Origin: Leidyana gryllorum EB-2025a
Lineage: Eukaryota; Protista; Apicomplexa
Length of the DNA stretch: 64,000 nt
Reading direction: 5' to 3'
NCBI GenBank assembly: GCA_048772705.1
Contig: JBLWGC010000230.1
Location: 930,001-994,000, forward strand
Shown here: piece after piece, positions 45,438 to 57,359 of the stretch
Position numbering within the stretch: the first letter of the stretch is position 1
Layout of the letters: each line of letters begins with the position of its first letter
Program-made: the position numbers and the translations under genes
Notes under the pieces: generated by a model
Told to the model about the DNA's origin: nothing
The model's input: only the letters and a program-made list of their open reading frames with translations
Database searches by the model: none

Positions 45438-47665
45438 TCAACGATCAGAAAGATTCCGCATCTGAGTGGTAATCTCTTCTTCCAACTGTTTGAAGAATTT
45501 GCTGAACTCTTTCTCAGAGGATCGAGGTGGGAAGAACTTCATCGACGTCACTTTCGTAATCGTCTCACGCATCGAGTTTCGGATAGTACTCCATCCAATC
45601 CGATTCGCCTCCCTGCTGCTCTCTGCACCGATCAAACAAATTGAACAAGACCCCAACCTCAACAACAACTACTACTCACCAGCAATGACCCGCCCAGCCT
45701 GGTCGTAGAAGTGACAGATGATACGCATCATTCCGGTCGTCTGTTGACAAAGCAATGAGAAAGATACTGGCTGGCCCCCCCCTCAACACAGTCACTCACC
45801 TTAATCAGAGGACACATAAAGTCATAGTCAGTGAAAGCATTCTGCTGAAGGAAATCTTCACGAATAATCTTCGCCACTTCCATGATCAACTTTTGATCCT
45901 CCGACAAGGAATCCTTTCCGACCAATTGGACAATGTCAGACAACTCATTCTCCTTCTGCAGAATTTCACCCATCTTCTGTCGCAAAAGACCGAACTCGGG
46001 ATCGTAAGAGTCAAAATACGGATCCAACGCCCTCTTGTAATTCGAATACGAAGTGTTCCAGTTTACAGACGGAAAATGCTTCCTTTGGGCCAACTTCTTA
46101 TCCAGACCCCAGAAAACTTGCACGATACTCATGGTCGATGTCGTCACAGGATCCGAGAAATCACCACCCGGGGGTGACACGGCACCAACAATACTCACTG
46201 AACCTTCACGATTCGGCGAACCAAGACACTTCACTCGCCCCGCACGCTCGTAGAAAGATGCCAAACGAGCTGCCAGATACGCAGGGTAACCGCTATCGGC
46301 AGGCATTTCGGCCAGACGACCTGAGATTTCACGAAGAGCTTCGGCCCAACGACTCGTAGAGTCAGCCATCATAGCCACATGGTAACCCATATCTCGGAAA
46401 TACTCAGACAGAGTGATACCCGTGTAGATAGATGCTTCTCGGGCAGCCACAGGCATGTTAGACGTGTTTGCGACCAGGCAAGTACGCTTCATGATACCGA
46501 CTTCCCGACCCTGAAAGAATCATCCAGTGAAGAACACATTGCGCAATCCGCAAGGGGAAAGAACAGATGAAGCACAGGTGGTACGCGGCTCAGAGGAGAC
46601 ACGGCGCTACAACACCACACCATCCCGCTCGGAGACGCACACACGCACATAAGAACAGATTACAACTTATGGCTTTGGACATTGGACTTACATCCACGTA
46701 TGTGGTCAGTTCAGGGAACTCTTGAAGCACTTCAGCCATCTCATTCCCGCGCTCGCCACATCCTACGTAGATAACCACGTCGGAGTTGGAGTACTTGGAT
46801 AGGGCTTGACTGATACAAGTCTTTCCGGCACCGAAGGCACCTGGAATGGCACATGTACCTCCTTGCACGGAGGGGAAAAGGCAGTCCAGGACACGCTGGC
46901 CGGTGAGGAGCAGAGTGTTGCCAGCGAGTTTCTCGTGCACGGGTCTTGGCTCACGGACCGGCCAGAAGTGTGCCATATAGACATCAGTGACTTTGCCGTT
47001 GAAGTCGAGAGTCAACAGTTTGTCCTCAACAGTATAGTTCCCAGGGGGTGCGATATAGGTGAGGCGTCCTTGGTTCTTGGGCGGCACCATCATATGATGC
47101 TCTTTGAACAAGAAGTTCTCGAAGATAGTTCCATAGAAGTCGCCACCGCTGAGCATATCTCCAATCTTCAGGCTCTTGGCGGGTTTGAACTCGTAACTCT
47201 TCTTGCGATCGAGACTTGGAATGTTGATACCCTTAGGTACGAAGACAGAGCCAGTTTCATCAGCAATGCGGTAGAGCGGACGCTGAATACCATCGAAAAT
47301 GCAGTCCATGATACCAGGGCCCAATTCGACTGAAAGAGGTTTGCCAGTCTTCTTGACTGGGTCGCCGACCGTTAGACCGGCTGAGTGACGACATTTCAAT
47401 GCGATGACGCTCTGGGCTAGTGATTTACCTGTGTCCTCGTAACACTGGATGTATGCACGATCCTCATCCAGACGGATGATCTCTCCGACGAGCTCGAACC
47501 ACCCTACTCGGACGAGCTCAAACATCTTCGTTCCCGACATGTTCTGAGCGATGACCACTGCATGGCAGCGTGACACAGGTTCCTCTAGTTGATAGAGAAC
47601 TTACATGGTCCAGACACTTGGTCGACCACGCCATAGTCGCTCTCCCTGTCGACAGCCTCGGGCAT
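45438..47665 (-). CDS. ATP6V1A: V-type ATPase catalytic subunit A, multi-exon
   Basis: GAFGAGKT Walker [36 protein letters not shown]; start [20 protein letters not shown]. Confidence 0.98.
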
Positions 47666-47808
47666 TGTGTCAAGTTTTTGGTCTTAGCACTGCCTTTTCC
47701 TGCCTAGGAAATTGATGTTGTTTATAATGTGTGCGACCGTGGCTGGCACTCTTAAGATAAGCAAGCTACTATGCTGTCTGGTCTGCGCCGCTATATCTGA
47801 CATATGGC

Positions 47809-48093
47809 TCAGGCTTTGGGCAGGGCCTTATGAAATTTCATCAGCAGATCGTCCCAAGCATTTCCCGTCAAGCGTGTTCGGTGATGATGAACATAGTCAA
47901 CCATGATGTCGAACCTGAAGCAAGTGTAGTTGGGGGGGGCGGAACGAGGTAGGGAAGTAGTTGACCCGGGATTGGGGGGCACCAAGGGGGGCGAGTGTGC
48001 TCACCATTCTTTGCGTCGTGGAGTTGTTGTGACCTTCCAGAACAGAGCTGAAACGCCGAGAAAACCGAAGGTGGTGACTAGTCGCCCCGTCAT
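47809..48093 (-). CDS. 64-aa single-TM protein, possibly MPODD/SDH11-like myzozoan mitochondrial protein; intron 47915-48004
   Basis: Spliced translation MTGRLVTTFGFLGVSALFWKVTTTPRRKEW/FDIMVDYVHHHRTRLTGNAWDDLLMKFHKALPKA. GT-AG intron with consistent phase. Not in the ORF track. Confidence 0.6.
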
Positions 48094-48177
48094 TCGCTAA
48101 AGATTGCAAAATCTATTCTGTTTCACAATCAATAGTTAGTTATACACGGCGCACCCAGGATTGACTTGTTTATATAC

Positions 48178-48487
48178 CTAACCACTACCCACAATTATGT
48201 TATTGATTGGAATGAAAAACAGCTTGACCGCGAACCCGATAATGCCCATAGCGAGTAGTCCGAGCGAACAGGCCGTAATCATACTGCGGAATTCTGTGCA
48301 GATTGTATAGAGTCAGTCAGTCAGTTAATCGGTTACCTTTGGTGTCTGGTTTAGTACACATGCGAACCAGATGGACCGAATCGCTGGTGAACTTGTGACC
48401 CGACTGGACGAAATAGCCCAGAGGGTGGCTTGGGTCCTTGAGCATGCCCAAGATGGCGGGAGATTGACTGATCTCGTCGACACCCAT
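48178..48487 (-). CDS. SEC61G: Protein translocon Sec61 gamma subunit; intron 48294-48336
   Basis: DSVHLVRMCTKPDTK/EFRSMITACSLGLLAMGIIGFAVKLFFIPINNIIVG. Not in the ORF track. Confidence 0.95.
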
Positions 48488-48545
48488 GATAAGCCCAAAA
48501 ATGTGGTTCTATATGTAGGTGGGAGAATGGGTTACTAAATATTTT

Positions 48546-48964
48546 TTAGGATCTCCCAGTGATCCCCCTCAAAATGACTGAGATGAAGTGGAGCAACACC
48601 ACCAACACCATAAAGCTAAAGGAACACACGCAAACCATCACCGGCGACCTGCACACACAGTCCAGTAGAACAATGTCGATAGTCAGTCTAACACTTGGCG
48701 ACACTTACAGTTGTAGGCCGCACGCAGATTCAGAGTAATACCTATTGGTCATCTGATCCTTGGCTGGTTGCGATGCTGGCTGGCCTCCTTGCTGAGCACC
48801 TGGCTTTGACCTCCTGTAGACGAAGAAGGATGGGGTCATCGTTGTACTTGACGTCACTCACTTGGTCAGGCCCTTCTGGATAGCCGCATTTGCACCACCG
48901 GATTCGCTGCCCGACTGCGGTGGAAGAATGATGACACGGATTCTAATAGCCAACCACTCACCAT
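48546..48964 (-). CDS. SEC61B: Protein translocon Sec61 beta subunit; introns 48915-48961, 48814-48861, 48649-48708
   Basis: 87-aa spliced product ending RYYSESACGLQLSPVMVCVCSFSFMVLVVLLHFI, matching the Sec61beta motif FYxxxxxGLxxxPxxVxxxSxxFxxxVxxLH. All intron phases are consistent. Not in the ORF track. Confidence 0.88.
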
Positions 48965-49020
48965 TATAGGTCTCTCAACAGGGGTCAGACAGTGGGAAGA
49001 ATCTTTTGCTGTATGTGAAA

Positions 49021-50575
49021 ATGTTATCACTCCTGGGAAACGGTCTGGCAGGTGCGTTAGCCAAATTCCAGCAGGCCAATGATGTGAACGAAGAGGTGAG
49101 CTTCACAGAAGGATCACACACACACGCCACCACCAACTTTGACCCGCAGACCATCGAAGCACTCATCAAGGATGTTTGTACTGCCCTAGTTGCTGCGGAT
49201 GTACAAATCAAGATAGTTGCCACGCTGCGGACTAATGTGCGCAACCGATGTCTCGGCATCAACAACGACTCGCAAAAGGTGGCCGCTGCCCAATTGAAGA
49301 GAAGAGTACAACAAGCGGTGTATGAGGAGCTCATTTCCATCCTCACCCCTCCCAAGACCCGTTACCAACCAGTTAGAGGAAGACCAAATATAATTATGTT
49401 CGTTGGTCTCCAAGGCGCTGGCAAAACCACCACCTGTACAAAGTATGCCAATTACTACAAGAAACGTGGGTGGCGAGTCGCCCTAGTCTGTGCGGACACC
49501 TATCGTGCTGGAGCCTTTGATCAACTGAAACAGAATGCGGCCAAGTGCAAAATACCCTTCTACGGCAGCTACTCTGCCGTAGACGCCGCCGAAGTCGCCG
49601 CCAAAGGAGTCAACCTCTTCAAGAAGGAGAGGGCAGAGATCATCATCGTGGACACTTCGGGACGCCATAAGCAAGAAGAGGCACTTTTTGACGAAATGAC
49701 AGCTATCGACGACGCAGTCGTAAGTCGCACTTTCTGCTTTTCATCCCGCACACCTTCCCGCGCAGCACCCCAACGAAGTCGTCTTTGTCATGGACAGCCA
49801 TATAGGACAGGCCTGTGCTCTACAAGCGCAGGCTTTCAAAGACTCCGTGGACGTAGCGTCCGTGATCGTTACCAAATTAGACGGCCACGCTAAAGGTGGC
49901 GGAGCTATCACTGCAGTCGTAACAACGGGGTGCCCGATTTCGTTTATTGGGACTGGCGAAGGCTTCGATGCTCTGGAAGTCTTCGATCCGCCTGGATTCG
50001 TATCCAAACTCATGGGGATGGGGGACACTCGGACTCTGATGCGCACCATACAGGAATTCATGCCCGAACACAAGAGCGCTGAGACTCTGCAGAGGATCAC
50101 TGCAGGTCACTTCTCCTATGACGACATGAAAGGGCAGCTCAAAACCATGACAACTATGGGAGGTCTGACAAGCATGTTGAACTGTATTCCTGGAATGTCA
50201 GCTCTCAGCGGCGCCATGCCCCCAGAGGTCGCCGATCAAACTAAGAAACTGTATGAGCGGTTCCTTCACATAATTGACTCAATGACTCGTGACGGTAAGC
50301 AACAAAGTCCTGGGGGTACCCACACACGTGTGTGATTCTTGGGATTCACAGAACGCGAGTGCCGAGTAGAGCTGGACGAAAAGGCTATCCAACGATTGGC
50401 TCGCGGCGCGGGAGTCAGAACGGTGGAGGTCGAGGCTCTTGTTGAACAACGACGAATAATGGCGAAAACGATGGGCAAGGTTGGCAAGGGTATGGCAGCT
50501 GCCAAACGGAGTGGCCTGCCCCCTCAACTCATGGAGCAAATGGCTAGTGCTTTCGGTGGTGGTGGTGGTAGATAG
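49021..50575 (+). CDS. SRP54: Signal recognition particle 54 kDa subunit; three introns
   Basis: GLQGAGKTTT, DTYRAGAFDQLKQNA, DTSGR, TKLDGHAKGGGA, FIGTGE, and a Met-rich M domain with IIDSMT and RLARGAG. Confidence 0.96.
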
Positions 50576-50629
50576 AAATATAAAAACGGTCCCGAGAACG
50601 GACCACACCATTAGGCTGACTATCATACA

Positions 50630-53600
50630 ATGAGGCTTAGACTTAGTGCAGCGGCCGCAGCACTATCCTTGGCGCTGAGGGAAGGCCTGCTGCATGCTTA
50701 TGCCTCACCAGCGCCGGTGGTCGGTATTGATTTGGGCAATGAATACATGAAAGTGAGTGGCTTTTATTGTCCTCTGGACCCTTATGTCACGACTTGGTGG
50801 AATAGCTGGCTGCCATCGCCCCAGGCCACAACCTGGAAGTGGTGCTCAACAGTCAGAGTAAGCGGAAGACTCGGTCGGTGATGAACTTTGCGGGAAATGT
50901 TCGTCAATTCGGAGAGGCTGCGTTCGGTGAGACTTGATAAGGGCAGCGAGAAGAATGAGACTCTCTCTCTCTTTCTTTGTGTGCAGCCCAACAGTCCATG
51001 CAGCCGAATGCCACGCTGCAGTACTTCACGACAAATCTTGGCCGTCTGAGCAGCGAGCTGGAGTCTGTCCAGAAGACGCCGAACGGCTTTGATAGCACTT
51101 GGTATCCCTATAGTGTGCGCGATGACAACAACACACGCCACACTGTACGTTACGGAGTTGATTCCAAGGGAAAGTAAGTTGTCTCACCGGGAGTGCATTG
51201 TGGGCCATTTGTTACCGCGCAGGTTGCTATACAACGAGGAATTGGTCTCTCATCTGTTGAGTCACGGCAAGGACTTGCTCCAGGAGCACCTGAAGGACAT
51301 GGAGTACCCGGAAGACACTGAAGTGGAGGCTGTGCTGTTGATTCCGGCGGACTACTCGTATCGTCAGCGTCAACTGCTCCGTCAGAGTGCTCAGATGGCC
51401 GGGTACCACCCGATCGGATTCCTTTACGAGCCCATTGGAGCCGCCCTCTCGCACGCTCTGGATATGCCTCCCCCTCCCGAAACGAATGACACTTCAGGGG
51501 AGTCGAAGGGAGACGGATCCAGTCCCATCTATAAGGCGTTTTACTCTCTGGGGTCGAAGAACAGTCAGATATGTCTGGTGCGCTACCGATATGTCCCGGC
51601 TCCCTCGACACTGAAGAGTGGAATCGGCAAACAGCGCGAGGCTAAGGAGATTTTGAGCATTGAGACGCTTGGCTGTGCCGTGACTCAGGGCACTGGGCTC
51701 GGTGGCCACGCTGTGGATGTGTTGCTCGCAGACGCAGCTGCCAAGGAGTTCTTCGCTCTCAACAAGAGGGTCAAGAAGACAGCCCCAACGGCTCGCTCTT
51801 GGCGTCGGCTCCTCAAGGAGGCGACCAAAATGAAGCACACCCTGTCGACCAACCGAGAGGCCAGTGTGTTCATTGAAGGGTTCGCTGACGGCAAAGATCT
51901 CCGAGTTTCGATTGCTCGCGAGAAATTGGACGCTCTGCTATCCGAATCTGGATATCTCAAAAAAGTAAAGGACATTCAGACAGGTCTCCAGTCTGTATGG
52001 ACGAACTATCAGAAGAATGAAGGGTCGCCGGAGGTGGAGGGGAAGTTGGCCACCGACGTCAATGAACTGATCCAAGATATCGAGCTGGTCGGAGGCGGTT
52101 GGAGGGTCCCGCGTGTGCTGTCAGAGATTGAAAAGACTTTCCAACCAGCTCCGGTTGGGATGAAATGCAATGCCGACGAGGCAATGGCAGTGGGTGCGGC
52201 TATGCAAGCGGCCAACTACTCCAGTACCTACAAGTTCAAGTGAGTCGTCCCTTTAACAAGCCTCGCGCGCGACTGTGTATATCTCACTCGTCTGTTTTCA
52301 GGCCTTTGATGCTCTCCGTTCCGCTCTTCGAGGACTTGCACGTCCAGATGTCATACCGCGACCGCGGCAAAGCTGATGTGGTGGTCGACATTGACTTCCC
52401 CACCGGAACATTGTACGGTACTCAAGTGAAGAAGATATTGATGACGCCCATCTCGTCTGTTCGCGTGGTGGTCACCGACAAGGACAAGCAGGTTTTGGAT
52501 GTTTGGACGCTCGATGGAGCCGATGTGGTTCGCAAGGTGGGCTCTTTTGTAACACTACGACTCCCAATTGTGTCTTACACAGATGGAGGGCGCCGCAATG
52601 GAGGCGGCTGGCAAGCGGAGACGTGAGTATGCCGAGCTCATGTTGGACCCAGAGATCGCTGGTGACGAGACATTGAAACCCGAGTGGCACGATCTCCCCT
52701 CCAACGTTACCATGAAGCCTGAGACAGAGGTGGCTGTGGTCGTCAAGGTGAACAATATGGGATTGATCTCGATCACAAAGGCGGTGGCCTCGTGGCAAGA
52801 GCTCGTGGTGGAGGAGAAGAAGATCGACAAGGTCACCACGACGACCTCGACCTCCACCTCGTCGGCTGGTGAAGAGGAGACAACCACCACCACCAGCCCG
52901 GCAGCGTCGGAGACTACTACGGGCGATGAGTCTGACACCGCGTCCTCGGAGGAGACCTCCTCTACGACTACGACTCCCGCTCCGAAACGGAAGGTGATAT
53001 TCACCGAGTCGATCCAGCAGAGATTCAAAGCTCTGACCATCTCGCCACTCCCGATCAAAGACGACAGTAAAGAGCTGACAGAGGCCGAGATGTCTAAGCT
53101 CAAGAAACCGTACCCCCTGAACCCGAGACAAGTGCGAGACGGCAAGAATGGTCTCAAGACGTACATCAAAGCCGATCGCGAGGCTGAGAGACTGGGAGAG
53201 ATAAGGAATCGGTAAGGAGGAGTGTTGTTGTCGTGGGTGTTCGGGGAGTACTGATTGGTTGGTTCGCACGCAGACTGGAGACTTACATTTATGACATGAG
53301 ATCGAAGCTGAAAGACGAAGAGAACGCGCTCGTCAGAACCAATGCTGCCGCTGTGGTGGAAGGGCTGTTGACCAAACTGCAGGAAGCCGAGGATTGGCTA
53401 TATGAGGAAGGGTTCGCCGCCAACTAGTGAGTGGGAGTGATCATCGTGATCAGACGTTAAACCCTTTTACTATTCAGCAACACGGTGTCGAAGCGTTATG
53501 ATGGTGTCAAGGAGGCACTGGCCGAGGCGGTGTCTCGGGCGGAAGAATACAACGATCGCGATCGAGTTATAGACGGTGCTCGCCTGGACTTGACAGAGAT

Positions 53601-53898
53601 GCGGAAGAAAATGGACAATTTGCGGGTAAGGATCATTGAAGCGCTGCACAATGCAATGTGTACACAGACTGGACGATCGTGGCTGACTGAGGACCATTTT
53701 AGACCTGTGGTCGAGGCTGTGGAGCAGTTTGAGAAATGGTTTGATGAAGCTGTGGCAATGATGCGAAAGCAATCTCCTGATGAGAAGCCGCTAGTCAACA
53801 AAGTGGTCTTGAAGGAGAAGTGGGTGATTGTGAAAGATGCATTTGCTGCTCTGCAGAAGGTCAAGAAACCCAAGGCTTCAACAAAGTCAGAGTTGTGA
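50630..53898 (+). CDS. HYOU1: ER-lumenal large Hsp70 (GRP170/HYOU1/Lhs1), multi-exon
   Basis: Signal peptide, GIDLGNEYMK, LGGHAVD, LSTNREA, ELVGGGWRVP, NADEAMAVGAA, LETYIY and EDWLYEEG; C-terminal KSEL. Confidence 0.88.
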
Positions 53899-53910
53899 TT
53901 TTTTTGCAAT

Positions 53911-54487
53911 ATGCCCATTCAACCAGGAGAGGTATTCCCACCTATATGTCTGGCACTCAAAGGCCAGGACTTAGATCTGAGAGGTAGATTTCAATTCTCT
54001 CCAGGCCTACTGATTGGTGTCACCGGCGCCTTCCACCCGATCTGCTCGAGTGTCTTCTTGCCTGGATACAAGGCCGTCGCCCCCTTCCTTAAAGATCAAG
54101 GCCTCGGCTTCGTTGGCTGTCTATCTGTCAACGATCCCTATGTACTTCGCGCATGGGCCAAGAAACTCAGAGTCACTTCCGAACTGATATTCATTTCCGA
54201 TGTCAACGCCTCACTCACAAAGGTATTGTTCTCCGTTCTCTCGGAAGAGTATCTGTCTGCAGGCGCTTGATATGACTCTGGAGACCGGCGACGACGGGTA
54301 CGGGACCATATTGGCTCGCGGACGCCGGTTCGCCATGTTCGTTGGCGAAGGCGCTATCATCCAGGCTGTGGCCGTCGATGAGGAAGCCACCGCTGGTGCC
54401 TTTGTACCCAAAATCGCGCAGATACTCAACGTCTCTTTACCCGCTTCGCTGAGTATTCGTAAGCCATCTAACACTGAACACAGGTGA
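53911..54487 (+). CDS. Peroxiredoxin-5-family (redoxin) protein with an atypical active site; one intron
   Basis: GVTGAFHPICS, LPGY, CLSVNDPYV..AW, SDVNASLTK/AL, RRFAMFV. Confidence 0.8.
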
Positions 54488-54545
54488 AATCTTCTTTCGC
54501 GCTCCTCGCATAGGACTCAAACAATCACAAAGTACTGCGAGCCTC

Positions 54546-55475
54546 ATGACGGCTCTGGCGCCTCACCCGCAGGAACAGCCGGCTGATGAGAGTAAGAAGA
54601 GTTCCGATGATCTATCCATCCTCCGATCTCATTCATCTTAGGGCTCTTACCCTATGTTTTGGCTCGCGATTCCTCCGTTATTGACACCGATCACGTTCAT
54701 GTTGTGTTTGATTATTCCGGAGCCGCACTCGCAGATGGCTACGTTATTCGAAAAGTGGAAGGTGCTCTAGAGGTAAGCCACCCAACACAGCAGCTGCTTT
54801 GCTGTGACCTCATACCACTCGGCCGCAGATTGCAGGCATGGATGGGGAGGACTTGGGCAGTGCCTGGGTTGATGAAGCACGTCCGGACTCCTTACGAGAT
54901 GGACTCCCTTCAGCCACCTCTGCCTTGGGAGGTGAAGGGATGTACACCGTCGAGAAAGTCATGATCACCCCGTCGTATAACATGCGCGTCTACAGCACCG
55001 AAGGCTTGCTGCCATCCGCTACTATTCTCGTCGTTCATCGACAAACTAATACAAATACCTATATGGTCGCAGCCTTCCATTTGCAACCCGAGGGGCGCGA
55101 CGTCCTACTAGCTAATCTACTCAGTGTGCAAGACAAGTTTGAACAAACGCCAGACAACACCTGGAGCCCTCCAATCGAGCGATCTTGTCTGAGCGATCCA
55201 GACCTCGGATTGGATCTTGCTCACTTTGTCTGGGCTTTCGCCAAATTCTACCGCTTCAAGGGACCCTGTGCTATTCTGCCAGAAGCAGAAGGACAGGATG
55301 TCACTTGGTAAGGCTTAACATGTGCTATGTTCGACACTAAATAATGTCAGGTTCGTGGCCGCCGACTCGGCATTCGCTTCCAGCCAGCAGCTTGAAGCTC
55401 TCAAAGCGCTGGTCCCCGCCCCAGCCAAGTCGGCACTCTCCCCCTACCATCGGCGGACCAAGCCCGAGGTTTTGA
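54546..55475 (+). CDS. Hypothetical protein, multi-exon
   Basis: Fragments 54659-54772, 54830-55307 and 55351-55475 join through GT-AG introns. No family recognised. Confidence 0.5.
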
Positions 55476-55526
55476 TGACCGTATGCCAAGTTCAGTGAAT
55501 CAAAAAAATTTCGGGTTGTGCCATGA

Positions 55527-56512
55527 ATGGACTCCACATGCCAGGCTTGTGGAAAGAAATATGCTAGGCATGATCACCTGCTGCGCCATATAAGGCTCGC
55601 GCACACGTGTGCTGAAGAGCGTAACTTCTCCTGCCAGCATGCTGGCTGTGAAAAGAAGTTTTATGACAACTCATCATTAAACCGACACGTCAAGAAGGTC
55701 CATCAGAAACGCTATCAGTGCCGTAAGTTTGACTTTGGAATGCAGCAATTGATTTCTCTTGCGCAGGAGCTGGATTTGGTTGTACTGCTCGGTTTGGGAA
55801 AATAAGCCAGCTGCGGAAGCACTTGTGTGCCAAGCACAGCCGGCTTCCTTTCGACACGTTACATCGTTTGTTCCTACAATGCTTGCCTGGCACGCCTGAG
55901 TATCGGGAAGCGTGGGAGAATGTAGGACCGCAGCCGCCAACAGACGGGGTAGATTGCACTAACACTGAGGGAAGCACCACCAAGGGCGGAATAGAGAGCG
56001 ATAGCTCCCAGTCTAGCTCGTATAGGTGCCCCTTCCCAGATTGTGAGCACATTGTACCCAGCTACCGTCAGTTGAAAGAGCATTGGAAACGGCACTTAAA
56101 TCCCTACAAATGCAAGCTTTGCAACACTGCAGTATTCTATTCCTTCAGAGAACTGCAAGATCATAAGAATCGTGAGCATTCGACCTGCCCGATATGCGGC
56201 TTGCGCCCTTCTCACTCCAACATGGCTCGTCATATGAAGACTCACACCGAGGGTGTGGAGAGTACAGGCTCGCCGGACGATGGGCACTATCATTGTGAAG
56301 ATTGTGATAAGATCTTTTCATCTGTCGGTAGTTACACGGCCCACCGTCGCCAGTGTTCGGAGGAAAAGTTTGAGGGTTCTGTTGGGAGTGGGGTTGATAC
56401 CCCTCTCACGATGGATTCTACCCCACTAGCAGATCTCCCAAAGCCGAGTGAGGCGAGTTGTGATATGCTTCTTCATTTTGGACCACCTCGTAAAAAAAGG
56501 AAAGATGCCTGA
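55527..56512 (+). CDS. Multi-C2H2 zinc-finger protein (TFIIIA-like); one intron
   Basis: About 7 fingers, e.g. CQACGKKYARHDHLLRHIRLAH and CQHAGCEKKFYDNSSLNRHVKKVH; C-terminal NLS-like PPRKKRK. Confidence 0.85.
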
Positions 56513-57359
56513 CATCTGCACTCGATACAAAGTTCCGAAGGGGTTCGACACCTCTAAGTTCCTGCCAATATGCCCCGTATGCTCGGACTTTCCTCTCAGC
56601 GAAGAGAACATGAGGAAGATCCTCCCTGAGACTGAGTATAAAGTGATGCGGCTGAAGGAGGACGAGCCGCCCGGTTCTCACCCGTATGTGAGGGAAGATC
56701 GGGAGGGTAATTACCATTGCCGAGGTTGCAACAAGTTGCAGTTCGAGTCGAGTGCGAAGATAGCGGCGACTGATTACTGCGTATTTACTCAATTAAAGGG
56801 GGAAGTGACCAAGTTCCCTGCCGAAGGCGACAGCATAGTATGCGAAAAATGCGAGTGCTATCTGGGACGGGAGGAAGTATTGGAAGACGGGGAGAAAAGA
56901 TATTATGTAAATGGTGCAGCCTTACAGTTTTACCCCATGAAGCCGGACACACCCCGTCAGTTCCCTGTTACTTTGTCCGAGGAGGAGTGGAAGGCGAAGA
57001 TCGGAGACGACGTGGCCTTTGCTGTTCTACGCCACGCCGAAACCGAAGCACAGAACGCATCGCCCCTGACCGATAACTTTGAGTCTGGAAAGTATTACTG
57101 CAAGGGATGCGACAATTTGCTCTTCGACTCCAAGGACAAGTTTAGAGCAACATGTGGGTGGCCGAGCTTCTGTCGCCCAGCGACACCGGAAGAATCGTGC
57201 GGGTATGACTTTGACTACAAGCGTGGATTCCGACGGATTGAGGTGCATTGCAACCGTTGCGGAGGTCATCTTGGCCATCGATTCAACGACGCTCCTGATC
57301 AGCCAACGGGTGAACGTTTTTGCATCAATGGGGTGTGCCTGAAATTCGTCCCTGAATGA
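56505..57359 (+). CDS. msrB: Methionine-R-sulfoxide reductase with tandem MsrB domains (N-terminal one degenerate)
   Basis: C-terminal domain: YYCKGC, CGWPSF, RIEVHCNRCGGHLGH, RFCING. The N-terminal repeat keeps CxxC...CxxC only. Confidence 0.92.
   Translation: MPDICTRYKVPKGFDTSKFLPICPVCSDFPLSEENMRKILPETEYKVMRLKEDEPPGSHPYVREDREGNYHCRGCNKLQFESSAKIAATDYCVFTQLKGEVTKFPAEGDSIVCEKCECYLGREEVLEDGEKRYYVNGAALQFYPMKPDTPRQFPVTLSEEEWKAKIGDDVAFAVLRHAETEAQNASPLTDNFESGKYYCKGCDNLLFDSKDKFRATCGWPSFCRPATPEESCGYDFDYKRGFRRIEVHCNRCGGHLGHRFNDAPDQPTGERFCINGVCLKFVPE

Noticed and set aside
15328-47665. V-ATPase subunits H and A as a cluster
   Set aside because: They lie about 28 kb and many unrelated genes apart; compatible with chance.
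47881-47920. C/D box snoRNA (gtgatga...ctga)
   Set aside because: The spacing is too short, and the stretch is explained by exon 2 and the splice acceptor of the minus-strand microprotein.
55312-55526. GC-rich stretch as a possible ncRNA next to the TFIIIA-like gene
   Set aside because: It reads as an intron plus the last coding exon of the upstream gene; no 5S rRNA or tRNA signature was seen.
56505-57359. Selenoprotein MsrB
   Set aside because: The catalytic position is Cys (TGC in RFCING) and there is no internal in-frame TGA.
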